DNA of 64,000 nt, taken from Ginglymostoma cirratum. Its lineage: Eukaryota. Made by a program: the position numbers and the translations under genes. The notes under the pieces are model-generated. The model did no database searches. It worked only from the letters and a program-made list of their open reading frames with translations, and was not told the DNA's origin. Within the stretch, counting starts at the first letter, position 1. Every line of letters starts with the position of its first letter. Location of the stretch: contig JAHRHZ010000268.1 of NCBI GenBank assembly GCA_024137785.1, forward strand, positions 62,001 to 126,000. The letters are read 5' to 3'. Below, one piece after another: positions 27,691-43,469 of this stretch.

Positions 27691-29351
27691 ATACCAAGTT
27701 TTAAATTTGCACTGATTTATTTAGATTAATTAATCAAAAATAATTAATTGTGTGCACACAATAGACCCACAACTTTGTATTTAAGCACAAGTACCATAAA
27801 ATAAATACATCAACTCCAGCTGAACTCCTAGATCCAATGGCTTGACCCTAATTGGATCCCAGACACAAAGTGCTGAACCTCACTGAGCTCCAGACACAAA
27901 GTCACAACTCACATTGTGCCTACAGAACTCAAAGTATATTGTTAGAACAACGTGCTCTAACCAATGCCAATCATTCAGAACACACTTAAGTCTTTTGGAT
28001 CCAGATGCTGTGAAAATTCCACTTGAGAACATTTCACTATGTTTTCATCCTGAAATGCTACATTACTACACCAGACCTCCTGTGAAGTTATAAATGGGTA
28101 TAACTGAGTGTCTTATATGGGTATACCAGTAATCAAGGTTCCACTGTACTAAATAAAGACTTAAGTGCTGTGCTTCTGTACACCAATGAAAGTGCATGCA
28201 CTGATGCTATCAAGGAGATGAAGAAACTACACCTTCATCAGAGAGAGGACAGCATGGCACCTTAGTACATAATGCTCCTTGGAGTCCATGTGCAAACGCT
28301 GTTCTGAATGGCAGTAATGTTAAATAGCTTCATGTATTTTTCTATTTAACATTTCCTAAAAGCACTTTATACAAGCATTAACCCCAAGTTATATCATTCA
28401 CATAAGCAGGGAAAAAGAGGGAAGTTAGAAAACAATACTAAATGCTAAGATTGCAGAAATGGCATTAGGGAACAAGACGGGCAAAGGGAAAGTGACCACC
28501 CAATTTCACTGTCCAAATTTATCAAAAAATAACGTGATGTGTACTTCAAAAATGCAGTAACTTCAGTAGGCTAGTTTAAACAATTTTTTTTTGACCTGAG
28601 ATGTAAAAGATATCTGCAAATGTGAAATCTAAAGGTGCAAGTGTCACATTGCAAGTATTTGACATTCAAAAGGTGTAGTTCATTTAGCCACACTTGGTGC
28701 AAGCACTTCCAGTGTTGCACGTCTAGTCTAAAATGTTTCTAAACATATTAAATAACATTGATGTATGCTGCTGCTGGTTTACTGATCATTTTTTTCTGGC
28801 TATTTACTCTCAGTTGCTGTCTCTGGTCTGCTGTGCCAAAACACCACAGCCCAACAAGCAGAGAATTGGACATGGAATGGCATTAACCTGACACTACAGA
28901 CATTAAAGAACAGTTTGAAACAGACCCCTTCCCTAGGAACGATGGGAAATACTTCACCTCTGCTAAGTGGATTGTTTTGGCTCCATTTTCAAAATGGAAA
29001 AGCTTTAGAATGATCTAATACTTCAAGGTAGTCAGTCACAATACTGGAAAAAAATGTGACATTGTTTTCTTGATGTAATAGAAGCCCAGATGAAATGGGA
29101 TAAATTTAAATATTTTTTGTACGGTTCTCCTTGCAAATGAATTCAAAGAACGCGATAAGCAAACTTACAATCTGCAAAGCCTGCCACTTTATTTTACAAT
29201 TTTGATGTTGGAAATATTAAAATGGTTTTAAAATTTAAATTTCTTTTGAAGTTCTTCAATCTTGTTTGCCACGGGATGTAGCTGAATGCCGGTGATCTAG
29301 TATTTTTTTAATGTCTGCACAGATCACCACCATTGGGACTTCGCTGACCAT

Positions 29352-29988
<637 letters not shown>

Positions 29989-31069
29989 TTAAAAATGCCA
30001 TTATTTCAGATGCTTGTTTTTAGGATATTTGTGTAGGCCTAGCAGCTATTATTCCAGGAAAATGAACTCACAAGGGATGCTCAATACAATGAAGCTGACA
30101 TGTGTTAACTCCCATAGTTGCCTCCCAATGCTTTTGCATATGACAAATCTCAGCAAATACTTCAATTGGAGGGGTAAATCAGGTTGCTGCTCCTGACAGA
30201 AAGGACACCCTCATCCATTGTCATAAGCCAGCATGGTAGAACTGGCTAATCAGCCTACTAATCGGTCAGCAGCATCAAAGGTGCAATGGCAAATTATGAG
30301 AATGCCAATATTTTATGGCAGTCACTACATATTAACAGAAACCAACCACAGCATGAACAACATCAAATCCTAACAGCAGCTTGGGAATCTCTAAGCATAT
30401 GACTTTATGCATCGCAGACAAATGGAAAGGTAGTTCACTTAACATATGAATTAGGCAACTGAACATTACCATGATAAGTTGACCAACCAAGGCTGAGTCT
30501 CTGAAAATCACAAGAAAAGCCCTAAAAGTGGTAAATGAAACACAAGAAACTTAAAATAAAGGAGTCAAAGTGGGATAGTGATGAAAAAAAGGAGTAAGAA
30601 AGATAATCACTCTATTGGAGAGCTTTGCTGATCTAAGTGTTGAGGTATTCCAACACATACAGGTGATCAGGAGAGAGTTTATTAGTTTTTTTTCTCTAAT
30701 CTGATGTCCTGTGAAGCAGTAACACAATTGAAAACACAGATATGGTGATGGAGAAATTAAATGGTGAGGCAGAATTGATCCTGAAGACAGTCATTGTGAC
30801 ATTCATTAATTTGGTGACAGGAAACAAGAGGAGATGAGGTTGTACAATTAAATGAACCACAAAAGAGAACTGACGCAGAACCAGAATAGTAATGGTTCTG
30901 TTTAAAACAAAAATAAAAGTTTCGTCTAACATGTGGCCTAACAGGTAAAATACATCAAAATACAACAGGAAAAGATAAAGCATTACTACAGAACACTTCC
31001 AGAACTCAACATATAACATTACATATTGTGGAAATGTTCGCAAGTCATTTCCCAACAAAGTAAATGCAA

Positions 31070-31238
31070 ACAAAAACAGAAATTGCTAGAAAAACTCAAA
31101 ACACTTTGAAGAAGGGTCACTGAACCCGAACTGTTAACTGTGATTTCTCTCCACAGATGCTGCAAGACCTGCTGAGTTTTTCTAGCAACTTCTGTTCTTG
31201 TTTCTGATTTCCAGAATCTGCAGTTCTTTTGGTTTTTT
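31070..31238 (+). repeat. Penelope-type inverted-repeat element with degenerate hammerhead motif
   Basis: tgaagaagggtcactgaacccgaactgttaactg...cagatgctgcaagacctgctgagtttttctagcaacttctg. Confidence 0.7.
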
Positions 31239-32258
31239 ATAAGGTAACTGCAAAAGTAAGAATTCAGCTCAACGGTGTAACTTTATTAAGGATCAACATC
31301 GAAGAAAGCAGTGGAATGGGAATAACAGGATATGGAACGAGACTTGGACGCATGTATTATTGAACAGTATAGGGAATTAACCAGTTCTTGGTAGAACGTT
31401 TTAGGCAGGAAACGCTGAAGAAGAAAAATTATAAAAGAAGAAATAATCTTCAATCAAATAAAGAAAATATAAATAACAGAAAGATTTTAAATACAAAGAC
31501 AAAAAACATGTGCTGAAGCATCTAGATATGGTTAGAATAACTGAATAGAAGAATAAAACAAGAACAATGCATCTCGCTTTGGTATTGTGTGACAAAAGCT
31601 CAGTTGACTATGACCATTGTAGCCCATAAGAACTATTTGTAATTATTACTAATAGCAACAGGGAACATTTGATGAAAAGTACACCTAGTCAAAATTGTAA
31701 ACTCGCAAAATACATGCACTTCAAAAGGATGATTCCAGGCAGCAGGCATTCAATCTCAGCGTGGATCACGAACAGGATGTACCAAGATATGTCATACTAT
31801 CTTCAAAGAGCGGCAGGAAAATTTGGAATGAGGCCTCCCTGTCTTACTTGCACAAATGGTTTGGAATTCAATTTGGTGATCTTCACAAAAGATCTGAGTC
31901 AAGTTACCCAACCAAGTGGTCAGGAAACATGACAAGTTTGAGATGAACGCGGACAGAAACTTCAGAAAATGGAAAAAAATTACAAAATCCAAGTCAGCAT
32001 TGTACCAAGAGAAACGTGTCTGTTGTTATCGAATACAGTCCAGATGTCCAGTTGTATAGCATTAATGGATTTCTCCTGAAGCGAGAAAATACTACCTTGG
32101 TAACATCAGTTTTGCTGTTAGAAATTTGTCACTAGAAACACAAACACCGAATTCTACAACTCTGCTCTCCATTGCTAGAGCAGGCTTAACTATATGCTCT
32201 CTACTTGACTCCTCTCGAACCTGTCCGACCTCATTTGGCACTGAGTTGGAAACTCTCA

Positions 32259-32357
<99 letters not shown>

Positions 32358-32896
32358 CTAAACACAAAACAATAACAATTATTCATATATTCAAAAAACA
32401 AGTTTGTTCAACACAAAGTGCAACAAATATATCTTACAGTCTTCTCTCTGATTTATTGCACCAATTGGAACAGGCACTGCAATTCGATTACAAATATATT
32501 TTGTACACGTAACTTTTAATAAGGCTAAGTATTACTTTTGGCAATACATATCTCTATTTGAGATTGAGTTGTACAGAAATGAAATCATGTCATTACACAA
32601 CTCTTTGAACTTATAAAGTATCTTTATGACTGCAAAGGCACTTCAACTCACACACTATAATCAATCCCTTGGGTAAAGCAAACCAATCAGAAAAGCACCT
32701 TACACAACTATTGCTCATTTGTACTGGTTTGAACTGAAAATGGCTGCCAAGCAGCCAGTTTGAAAGCAATTTTTTTGGCTCATGTTGGTTAAATCAGGAT
32801 ACAAGAACCCAAATGAGGACTTGAAATGGCATAGAATTCCTGCTATTCACAAGTTAATGATTTTGAAGGATCTTTCATGAACAGTACAAGTAGATC

Positions 32897-33025
32897 AGTT
32901 CTGAAGACAAGCCACTGGACCCAAACTGTTAACACTGCTTTCTCTCACAGATAATGGCAGACCTGCTGAGTTTTTCCAGCAATTTCGGTTTTTTGCTTCA
33001 TATTTCTATCATTTGCAGTTCTTTG
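32897..33025 (+). repeat. Penelope-type element with degenerate hammerhead motif
   Basis: agttctgaagacaagccactggacccaaactgttaac...gacctgctgagtttttccagcaatttc. Confidence 0.65.
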
Positions 33026-33284
33026 GGGGGTTCTTTTGGTAGTTTTGGTTTTGGGTAATGAGGAGCGGTAAAAGGATTTTAATTAAGTTATGTTAGAGGG
33101 AAAACTGAAATGGAATTGGGTTTACTCCATCATACTTTACATTGCCAATATGGTGTACCAACACCACTGCAATATTTTTGAATCAGTTTGTACCAACTAG
33201 TTTAATTAAGGTCTACAATCTCTTCATTATACAGTAACAACAGAACTTGGGTCAACAAAAGTTTCCTAGTACCAAACAGTGGGT

Positions 33285-33498
33285 TGAAATCGGTGAAGTT
33301 GCCATAGTCCCAGAGAACCACAGGTCACTGGTGGTGGTGAGTTTAACCTAAGGGTCATCACGCTATAGGTGAGGGGTGAGGTTGAGAAGGTGGGATGTTC
33401 ATGGTGATCTCAATCGGTATGGCAATTGAACCCACATTGTTGGCATTACTTTGCATTGCAAAACAGCCACCCAGACAACTGAGCTAACCAGACCCCAG
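33285..33498 (-). mobile_element. tRNA-derived SINE (distinct family)
   Basis: Minus-strand head ggggtctggttagctcagttgtctgg...gtgggttcaattgcc (A and B boxes). Confidence 0.65.
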
Positions 33499-33584
33499 GT
33501 TGCAGTTGACAGGTTTTTTAACAGCAGTTTAATTCCAATTTGTTAAATCGTTTGGCAAAATCTAAAAGGGCTCAAAATAGATTA

Positions 33585-33800
<216 letters not shown>

Positions 33801-34144
33801 TCAACAGAATGAAAACAATGGTAGAAATCCACAAGAAAGCTAAGCCGATCAGAATCAAGACTGCTCAAACAGTCTGTGCATAACTTAATTCATTTTTTAA
33901 AAAAGTTTTATTCCTAATTCTTTAGTGATTGCAAACTATGGGAGACTATTTATGCACTGAAACTCTTTCACGTTAGGGTAGGCCCTGAAGGGGTCAAAGA
34001 GATTCTCCGATCTTCTCTTCTGTACATCTTTCTAAGAAAATGATGATCACATCTCATTTGTTTGTTCCCTAGGTAATCAGAAGCCAAGAATAGTTTTCCT
34101 TCTGAACTCTCAGGTACATAAAAAGCCTCTCCTTTTCTTCAGTC

Positions 34145-36490
34145 TTTTCCTTGCCATTTAGTTACATGACGTGGACAGGAGCTACAAGGCCAGCATTCAT
34201 TTATACATCCTTAAGGTGGTTATGGTGTGCCATTTTCTTGAAGTCCTTCGAGCGTAAGTACATGCACAATGCCACTAGAAAGGGAGCTCCAGGATTTTGA
34301 TCCAGCAACAGTGAAGGGACAATTCCCTATTTTCAAGTCAGGATGGTGTCAGACTAAAAGAGGAACTTGCAAGCGGTGGTGTTCCTGTGTGCCTGCCACC
34401 CTTCTTCTTAATGGTAAAGGTTGCAGATTTGGCAGGTACTATCGAAGAAGTTTTAGCAAATTGCAGCAGTGTGTCTTATAGACCGTTCACATTACAAGCA
34501 GAATACAGCAATGGCAGGAGGAGTGAATGCTCAAGATGGTGGCTGGGGTGCCAATTAGCAGGCTGGACTGCATCAAGCTTTATCAGTGTCACTGAAAGCT
34601 GCACTCATCAAAGCAAATTGACATGATACCATCATACTCCCAATGTTCTTGTTCGTGGTGGACAGCATTTAGGGAATCAGGAAGCTAATCACTCTCTGTA
34701 GATTATCTAGCTTCTGACCTACTGTTGGTAACCACAAGATTTATGCGGCTGGTTCAGCGAAGTCACTGTTTGATGGCAGGAGAGTTGACAATGCTACTGC
34801 CATTGCATTTCAAAGGGAGGTGGCAAGAGTCTCTTTTATTATAGATCCTCGTTACCAGGCACTGCGTGACATGAGTGCTATTTGGCACCCATTGGTCAAT
34901 TTCTGACTAGTGTCTCGGTCTTGCCGCAATTACCTGATGAGTTACAAATAGACCAATGAGTCTAAAAACTATCAAAACATCAGGCGAACATCTCCATTTC
35001 TCACTTTGTGATGGAAGGAAGCAGTTAAAAATCATTTGAATCTAGAACACTTCCTTGAAGAAGTCTTGCACCAATGTCCTATGCTGAGATGACTGACCTC
35101 AAACTCGCATCTTCCATCGTATTAGATATAAATTCAGCTAGAGGACAGCTCCTCACCTCACCACAACATTCCACCCTAAAAATCTTGATTTGAATTGTAC
35201 TTCCGCTCCTCAATGCCAAGGTGAGTCACTCATCAGTTCTGGAATTTAATTTTCAACTCCAAGCTTGGACCAAGGCTGTAACGAGCTTTGGAGCATTTGG
35301 CTCCTGGCCAAATCCAAATCAAATTTTGTCAGGCAGCTTATTGGTGAGCAAGTAACAGCATTTTCAATGATCGTTCCATCACTTTACTGATTCGTGGAAA
35401 TTGGCTGGGTAGGATTTGCCCTGCTTTTTACGGACAGGTGATAACCAGTGTTCACGCTAAGCTGGGCAGCCACACAGCTGCTCCAAAGGTCCATGCACAC
35501 CGACTGGTATGACAGTGCATTAACTTCTGGTTTCTGTGTACACACTTCAGAGGTCAGCGCAGAAAAAAAATCAGAAGGAACATAGGTCATAACTAGACAG
35601 TTTTCCACTTTATCAGATAGATATACTTAAACAGCTTGGCTATAGGCATGGCAAGATCTGGAGAATAACTCTTCAACTCTATAGCAGTAATGAGTTAGGA
35701 GCTGAGGGCCGTTGCTTTGCCAACATTCTCATCCATTTCTTGATATCACAGAGTGAAGTGCATCAAATGAAAACGGATTTGGGAAAACCTAGAGCTGCAG
35801 TTGATGGCTGAAGCCCTAAATGGGACTTAATGACTAAAGGTGGTTGTAAAATGCTTCAGCTTTGCCTTTGCACTCATGTTAATCTCGACCAACACTGGAG
35901 AATGGGGCTGCTCAAGAAGTCCCCTGTTGCTAATTGTTTAGTTGTCCACCACCAACAGTAATTGGATCTGGCAGTGCTGCAAAGTTTTAATCTGATCTGT
36001 TCATTATGAAGTCACTTTGTTCCATCTGCATACTTAGTATACATTTGTGTAGTTTCACAGATTGGCACCACGTTGTCAGCTAGATATGATGCTGCTCCTG
36101 ACATGCCCTTCTATACTCATTGAATAACTAAGGGCAACAAGTGGTATACAAGACAAAGAGGTTACAAATTGCAGCAGAATACGATTCTGCTGACAGCTCA
36201 CATCACATAGATGTCTAGTTATAAGCCACTAGATCGATTTTGAGTCTATTCCATTTAGTGCAGTGTCATGCTCCAAAATATTACGGAGGATATCCTCACT
36301 GCAAAGATGGTCCTTTGTTTTCCAAAAGGACTGTGGTCACTCCTACATACCATCATGGACAGATGGATTTCCAACAGGTAGGTTGGTGAGGATGAGGTCG
36401 AAGAGATAATTTCTTCATGAATGGGTCTCCCTAGCAGAGGCCCAGTCTGGTAGCTAAGTCAGATTCAGCCAGCAGTGATAGCGCAGCATC
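34145..36490 (-). mobile_element. Decayed LINE, same family as 9640-12290, antisense copy
   Basis: Reverse complement of the tail and RT region (ggaaagggagctccaggattttgatccagcaacagtga; gcttggaccaaggctgtaacgagctttggagc). Confidence 0.7.
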
Positions 36491-36885
36491 TTGTCAGTGC
36501 ATGATAACATTTGTTTCAATTTAATGAAAATGAAAATGAAAATGATGCCTGTCTGTCCGCCTAAAGTATTTTTAATCTCAGCTCACTCTTTCTTCAAATT
36601 CACTCAAAGCGAGTAATTCTAAGAGTGCCTTTATTTATTTGCCATCAGGTTAATTTTTGTTACACAATTTATTTGGGTTACGTATACAAACAGAGCCATA
36701 TTCATGAAATAAAAATTCATTACCAGTGGATGTAGCTGTCCTGCCATCTAATATACAAAAGTGCAAATACCCTTGCCATTAAAGTGAAACAAACAGCATC
36801 AAAACTTTGAAACAAAGCCACAAAACCAGAGCAGCCCATTGAAATGGTACAGGCAATTTGCAAAGGCTTGCTGTGAGACGCTTAC

Positions 36886-36954
36886 ATCATTGTAATAAGC
36901 GGAATCAGGCTGGATTGCTCGAAGATCTCGGTGATCCCTCTGCCAAACTCGATT
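36886..36954 (-). CDS. WDR33: WDR33 exon 3, [23 protein letters not shown]
   Basis: Manual reverse translation; ttttag| acceptor and |gtaagc donor; 69 nt, phase 0; not in the ORF track in this frame. Confidence 0.97.
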
Positions 36955-39589
36955 CTAAAATTGAAAAAAAAACAATTAGAAAGAACCAGGCAAGAAAAAT
37001 AATATACATACTCATCAGACATGTTAAAAGGGAAAAGAATAGAGCTACAGATCTTACACACAATGTTGTGTATTTAATATATCATTACAGTCAGTATGAA
37101 TGATCTATTCGCTAGACTACAGATAAATCAGTTTCCTTGAATTTTTATCCTTAACTGCAGCATATCGATGTCTCTTGTTCTATATTTACCCATTGTTGTC
37201 AGCACTTTCATTCGTCTTGCAGACTATTATTAATTATCAATAATCCTCCCGGCTAGAAGAGATGCCAGATTACATAAGCCCTGTACTTTTAAACATACAA
37301 CCAGCATTCATTTCAACTTATGAGCATTCACTGATTAAGATGTTCTGGCAAATCAAAGGAACATATAACCTCCAAAGTAATGTTCCAGAGAGCATTGCAA
37401 CATCTATCAATAGTACTTCTGAACTTGCTTTGAACAAAATCATGAGAGTGGTCTACTCAGTTACTTTTTTCTAAATTTCATGATTCCACACCTCATCCTT
37501 CTCGTTGCTGGAGTCTAAAGATTTCCCCGGACTCTGCAGCAACTGTCAGTGTGGAGAAAATCTCAGCCCCCAGAGTTCACTATTGAGTTAATCCAGAAAG
37601 AGGAGACAGACTCAGGTCAAAAGAAGCACAAGTGAGGAAGACTGACGCAACAGTTTTGCACCAGCAATAAAAAATGATGTAAGTAGCAATTTAAAAACAT
37701 ACAATTTCCAAACTTTCAGTTCCTCTTACATCAAAAGAATTTTTAAAACAACAGGCTTTGCAGCTTCTGAGTCTAATGAAACATTTTGTTAAAGTTCTAT
37801 CCAGGAAACTGCTTTATCTTCTTTGAGCTAGCTGATCTCAAGGCAGCACTAGAACTGCTTCACTGTTCCTGGGTTTGGAGAAGGGAAGTCAGGCAGGGGT
37901 AAGGAGAATAAAAAGAAACTTAAAAAAGGTGTTTAGGAACTTCATTGAGGTCTTAGTAGAGTGGGAGATGTTTGTCTTCCTTGATTTGTCAGGCATCTTA
38001 GCAAATAAACTGCAGAAGTGTGCAATACCAAAAGCGGCCAGGGTGTTGGATACAACTCGAGGGTTCTAGTAATGTACACCATTGCAGAGTTCAGTTGGAT
38101 ATCAGCAGGTTCAGTACAGTTACTTCTGGTCCATCCCAAAGCACAGTACTCTACTGGGCTGCAAGATACACAAAAACTATTACTGGTGTTCAAAACAGTG
38201 ATGTTAATGCCCTCCAGTTATGTGCTTGCCGATATCCAGGACACTTTGGCCACAGTCATCTTTTGGGTGGCTAGCTTCTTCAGTTGTTTGTGGAGTGTAC
38301 ATTCCAGAATTTATACGTCGTTCAGAGGGAAATATTACAAAACCTTGTATGAATGAATATACAAGCATCAATAACAAGAACAAAGATTTGTGGTTGCCAT
38401 TCTCCAGATGATGAGTCAACTACTGTTGAAATGTTGAAGTCAGGAGGTCTAAAGAGTTAATTACAGGAGGTCAGAAAATGGAACAGCACAGCAACTATTC
38501 TATTCTAGACCAAAGTTTGGAAACAATTTGCTTATCTACTCTCTTGCTGCAGATAGTGAAAGAGGAAGGAAAATATCTTTGATAGACAAAGGAAATGACA
38601 GACATTGAAAAGTGCAGTTGCCTTCAAAAAGATCCATTTTTTTGTTAGTGGAATGTCCAAAACATGATTATGGGCTTTAAACCTTTGAGCAATATGTCTA
38701 AAGTTGCCAGAGTTATTTGTATAGGCCCGGGTGTCCCTTTGGGAGAAACAGTGCCTTTTGAGATTGGTAAGAATAAACATCTATGTGCTTAAAAAGTGGA
38801 TCAACCTATTGGAACCATCAATCTGTCAAAACATTTAAATTTTAATGAAACTGATGAAGTTGCAATTCAAAACAAAACAAATTCATAGCTTGTCTTTTCA
38901 CTACATCCATTTATATCCATCTGAGGGCTATCATATGAAATTAGTGCAACATGACTGAGTCCACAGCCTAATGTTATCACTGAGGTGGCTGTCAGCTCTC
39001 AGTTTGATTCACAGCTCCAAATATTTTGAAGTTATCTGATATGGGGCTACGAACATAAATGCTTAAATTTATAAGGAACAGGGCAGTACTTTAGCGCATT
39101 TTTGAAACTGCGTTTTACAAGTCCCTGACTTCAAGGCCTTCCTTTCACACAGCCGATGGCTGCCTTTGAACATGCTCAGGAAGCAGTGAGCCTGGTTTGT
39201 TAACCTCTATCTCCCGGAAATGAAAATCTGATCAGCGAAGCTACCTTCTCCTAAGTCCAGTTTCTGGGGTCAAGACCTTTCTGAATTTTGCTTTGCAAGA
39301 GTGAATCATGGCTTTTGTTTATCCTATCTCAAATATACTGTGATTCAAGGAACACCAAATTGAAAATGACAAAACATTACGGTCTATCATCTTTGTACAT
39401 CTGATTGATTTGGCCCTCAAACCTTGACCCACTTCAAGCATCTAATTCCCTTTAGAAAGTTATTATGAACCTGCTTCAGGCTGTACATTCTGTATCACAA
39501 CAATTCGTTGCTTGGTATACATTTTCCAATAGGCCTGTTTCTTTTGCCAATCATCTTAAATATAAGTTCACTAGTTAAACACGTGCATA

Positions 39590-40120
39590 CAAATATAAGA
39601 AATAGAGAGGGTACTTCTTGAGCCACCCCACCATTTGATAATAAGTTGTCGCGGCTTCAAATTCATCTTCCTGCCTATCCTCCACATCCTTTTGGCTCCG
39701 TTGTTTATCAAGGATCTATCTCAGTGAATAAATATAAATTTAAAATATCCAGTGATGCTGACCCTTCGCTCTCTGGAGTAGCGTGTTCTACAGGCTCTCA
39801 AACATTAGGAAACAAGTCTATTACTAACTTAAATGAGAGACATCTCATTTTTAAAACTGCATTTCCCAGGTCTAGTTTCTCCAATGGGGGAAGTGGCAAG
39901 GGGAAACATGCTTTCAGCATCCACCTGGTCGACTCACTTCAGGATTTTGAGTTTGAGTAAAGACACCTCTCATTTTTCTATACTTCAATGGATCCTGGCC
40001 CAATCTGTCATGAGATAATGCCCTTTTCCAGGAATCAGTCAAGTGAAGCTGTTCTGAATTGTTTCTCATGCAACTATGTTCTTTCTTACATAAAATAACT
40101 GCACACGGTATTCTAGGTTC
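39590..40120 (-). mobile_element. Decayed CR1 3' end
   Basis: Similar to the 17595 and 60712 copies. Confidence 0.6.
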
Positions 40121-40976
40121 CAATATTTCTGCCACTGGATGCAGTTTCTTCTTAATTATTGCCTCAAAACCCTTCCTGCTTTTGTACATCTGTTAAATCT
40201 CTCCATAATCCTCTCTGTTCTTAATAACGCCGGCACTTTACTGTAATACTTAAGGAATGCTGTGCTGTTGGAGGTTCCACCCAAGTTTACCTATTTCTTC
40301 TTCTACAGCCTGACTTCATAGTCTGTAAAGCCTTTTTGACATTCAATGGCTGTGAAAAGTGCTACAAACGTTTTTAAGGAAAACTTGACAAATATTTCTA
40401 GTCTCTTCACATTCACCGAAGTCCTGAATTCTGGTACATTTTAAGTCTCCTCTGCACTCGCTTGGAAGCCTTCTTTATAGCATGAACGGGTTTGAAACAA
40501 ATCCATAGTTAATTTATGGATGTAACCAATCACAATCCATTAGCCATAAGGATGTAAGCAAAGGAGGACTGTGGCATAGTCAACTAACTTTTTGCATGGA
40601 ACTAGGCAAACTATAACGAGCAGTGATGTACTAAATATCTCACTGACACAATTTAACCATTTGAGCGAGTGAAAGTAAATTGAATTTTTTTAAAATTTAT
40701 CTCTTGCTTACTTAAAGTGAACGCAAATAGAGCGGAGAACTACACCCTGAATCTAACGCTCTCTACGCCAGAGCTCGACGTTTCTTATGGAATGACTGCA
40801 ATTGTCCACAGTGAAATTGTTCAGTTTCCTAGTACTGAGAGTAACCACAAAGTACATTATGTGACAGATAAAGAGTAAAGCACAAACTCAGTTATACTGA
40901 AAGAAATTTGCTTACTATTCTAGGATATGTAGTGAGAGAGTTAGGTCACTAAGAAAAATATTAGGGTAATTTTATA

Positions 40977-41301
40977 GCAGCACGGCGGCTCAATGGTTAG
41001 CACTGCTGTCTCACAGTGCCAGGGACCTGGGTTCGATTCCACCCTTGCGCGACTGTCTGTGTGGAGTTTGCACATTCTCCCCGTGTCTGTGTGGGTTTCT
41101 TCCGGGTGCTCTGGTTTCCTCCCACAGTCCAAAGATGTGCAGGCTACTTGGACTGGCCATGCTAAATTGCCCGCAGTGTTCAGGGATGTGTAGATTAGAT
41201 GGGTTATAGGGGGATGGGTCTGGGTCTGGGTCAGGGTCAGATGCACTGACGTTTGGTGTTGGGCCGAAAGAGCCTGTTCCCACACTGTAGGGATTCTATG
41301 A
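40977..41301 (+). mobile_element. Full-length HE1/V-SINE-type shark SINE
   Basis: tRNA head ggctcaatggttagcac...gggttcgattcc; V-domain gtgtggagtttgcacattctccccgtgtctgtgtgggtttc; CR1-like tail ctgtagggattctatga. Confidence 0.92.
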
Positions 41302-43469
41302 TTTACTGGTTACTGAAAGACATCAGCCCGCTAACAATGCGGGTCCCTTCCTTCCCAGAACAATCACAAGCATTGTATGGCAATATCAAAAAGAGAATAT
41401 GGGTATTACAAGCTAGAGGAAATAGGCTACTCTCTCACCTTTTGAAAGATATGAAATTAGCATTAATGTCCAATTGAGACAACTGTTTCTACACATAACA
41501 GAATTTGATAAAGGCCATGAAAAAACTGCTTATACGTATTTCAGTTAGATTTCCGATAAGATACAATTTCAAGGTTAGGTCCCAGACAACCTCCACCAAA
41601 TCCCCGACATATTCGATGGCAGCATTCATGGAAGGAATATCTTTCCTCTTTTTATGTGCATCAGTGTCCAAATACAAAGTAAACTGAAAACAGAGTATCG
41701 ATCCTATCCTGAAGCGTGCAGCATACACAACAATTCAAGACTTTCATTTCCAAATAGAGTCCACAGAAGAGAAGCAACTCAAAAGTGGAACAATCTATGC
41801 TAACTGCAAAATGTCCTGTATTAATAGTGGTATCTTTCTGACAAAATTATGAAAGCCAATGTAATAGTGCAGACATTCTCCAAGTTGAAACTATTAGATA
41901 TCAATATTAGCAAAGAAATTGGATATGGCATCATAGTACGTAAAGGAAAAGCATCAGGAACAGCATAAATGACATAGAAATGAATAGGCTGCAAGTCAAA
42001 ACAAATGGACAGGGTGGAAATTACAGTGAAGCTGTACATTGGAGAATTCAGTGGCAAAGTGGGCCAAAACAGATTTGATCTTCACTCCATTCAATCTTAA
42101 CTGAGAGAGATTGGCTTCAGTCGTCTTCATGAATAGGAAAGGGTAGTATTTCATGGCTTACCATGAACATTCCCATAAACAGCTCACGCAGTAGAACTCA
42201 AAAAACGTGGACTGAAAATCAAATATAATCCAAGACATATCATCAGCTTGTGCGGAGAAAATAGTCATACAAGCAAATACAATGCAGGATGTAGGTACAG
42301 ATAGGACAGGGCAAATTGGGAGAAAAGTTCAATCTAATTGAGATATCGGAGAAAATACTTCAAAATTAGTATCATAGGACATGATTTTAATCCCCCAAAG
42401 TGTGGTTGGTTTGGTTAAAAGGCTAAATATTAAATATCCCCAATAGGAAACCCAGTCTCCTCAAATCTACATATATCTGGTCTTAGCAGAAGGCTGGGCG
42501 TCCTCTGCACTATCAGGAGGCAGGGGTCAGTGAAATCTTAAACAGTTTGCGCATTTTCATTCTGACAATGTTTCAACTATTTTATCTGGGTTTCTGTGAA
42601 AACGCACCCATCTCGCTTCCACGATCTACACCACTTGCTCCAATAATCGTTGATCATCTTCAACCTTTACCTCTCTCCACATCAATCCCTCTCCATCCAA
42701 AACCATTACAGTCAGCCACTCCTATGCTGCAGGATTACCCCACTGACGGGTAGCCACGCCGGGCATTAAGGTTGACTTTCAACTGTAATAATCAATTTTA
42801 AAAACTCAAGAGTTTAACTCCACAGCATTTTTGGAAACAGACTTTTGGACTGCCTGACTATAACTCTAGCCTCAGGCATAAGGAAACTTACAACTTTGGA
42901 GGCAGTCATTAAAACCACCTCACCACACAGACAATATTGGGCATACAGTACGAAGAGATTTTTAACACAGGACAAATTATTTTCCACAATAAGATCATAA
43001 GATATAGTTCCTGTATCTTTCAAGATAACCAGTTATCAGAAGAAAAAATTTCCTGCATTCACAATGTAACTGATCATTTTTAGGAAAATTAAGGCTGCTG
43101 TCTAGACTGCAACAAGAAATAGGCGTCTGTATTGTCAGGAAATTTTGTGATTTCGTGTCAGTCGGAGTAATGGCCAAATTTGCACTTTATGATTCTATGA
43201 CTTTAAAGAGTGCATGCTATACCTTCAGAAAACCATCAGGAGTGACGAAAGCCCTTCACTTCAAGGAATGGCTTTTTAACAGAAAAGTCAGTATCATGTC
43301 AGCAAACACAGACACTAATTTGCATGGGGTGGGTTCCCAGAAATTGCAAATGAGATAAATACCTGGCTACAAAACTAAAATGCTGGGAAGTTGAAATAAA
43401 TTAGAAAATACTGGAAACATTTAAGTCATGTAGCATCTACAGGGAAAGTGAGTTAATATTTCAACAACG

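Noticed and set aside
27855-27905. Repeated ccagacacaaagt
   Set aside because: Two short copies with no regular array; uninterpretable
36525-36545. (tgaaaa)n short tandem repeat
   Set aside because: Ordinary microsatellite
40977-41045. tRNA-like sequence
   Set aside because: SINE head that continues into the V-domain; not a tRNA gene
40941-41285. Overlapping 66-114 aa ORFs
   Set aside because: Lie entirely within an HE1/V-SINE; classic spurious SINE ORFs
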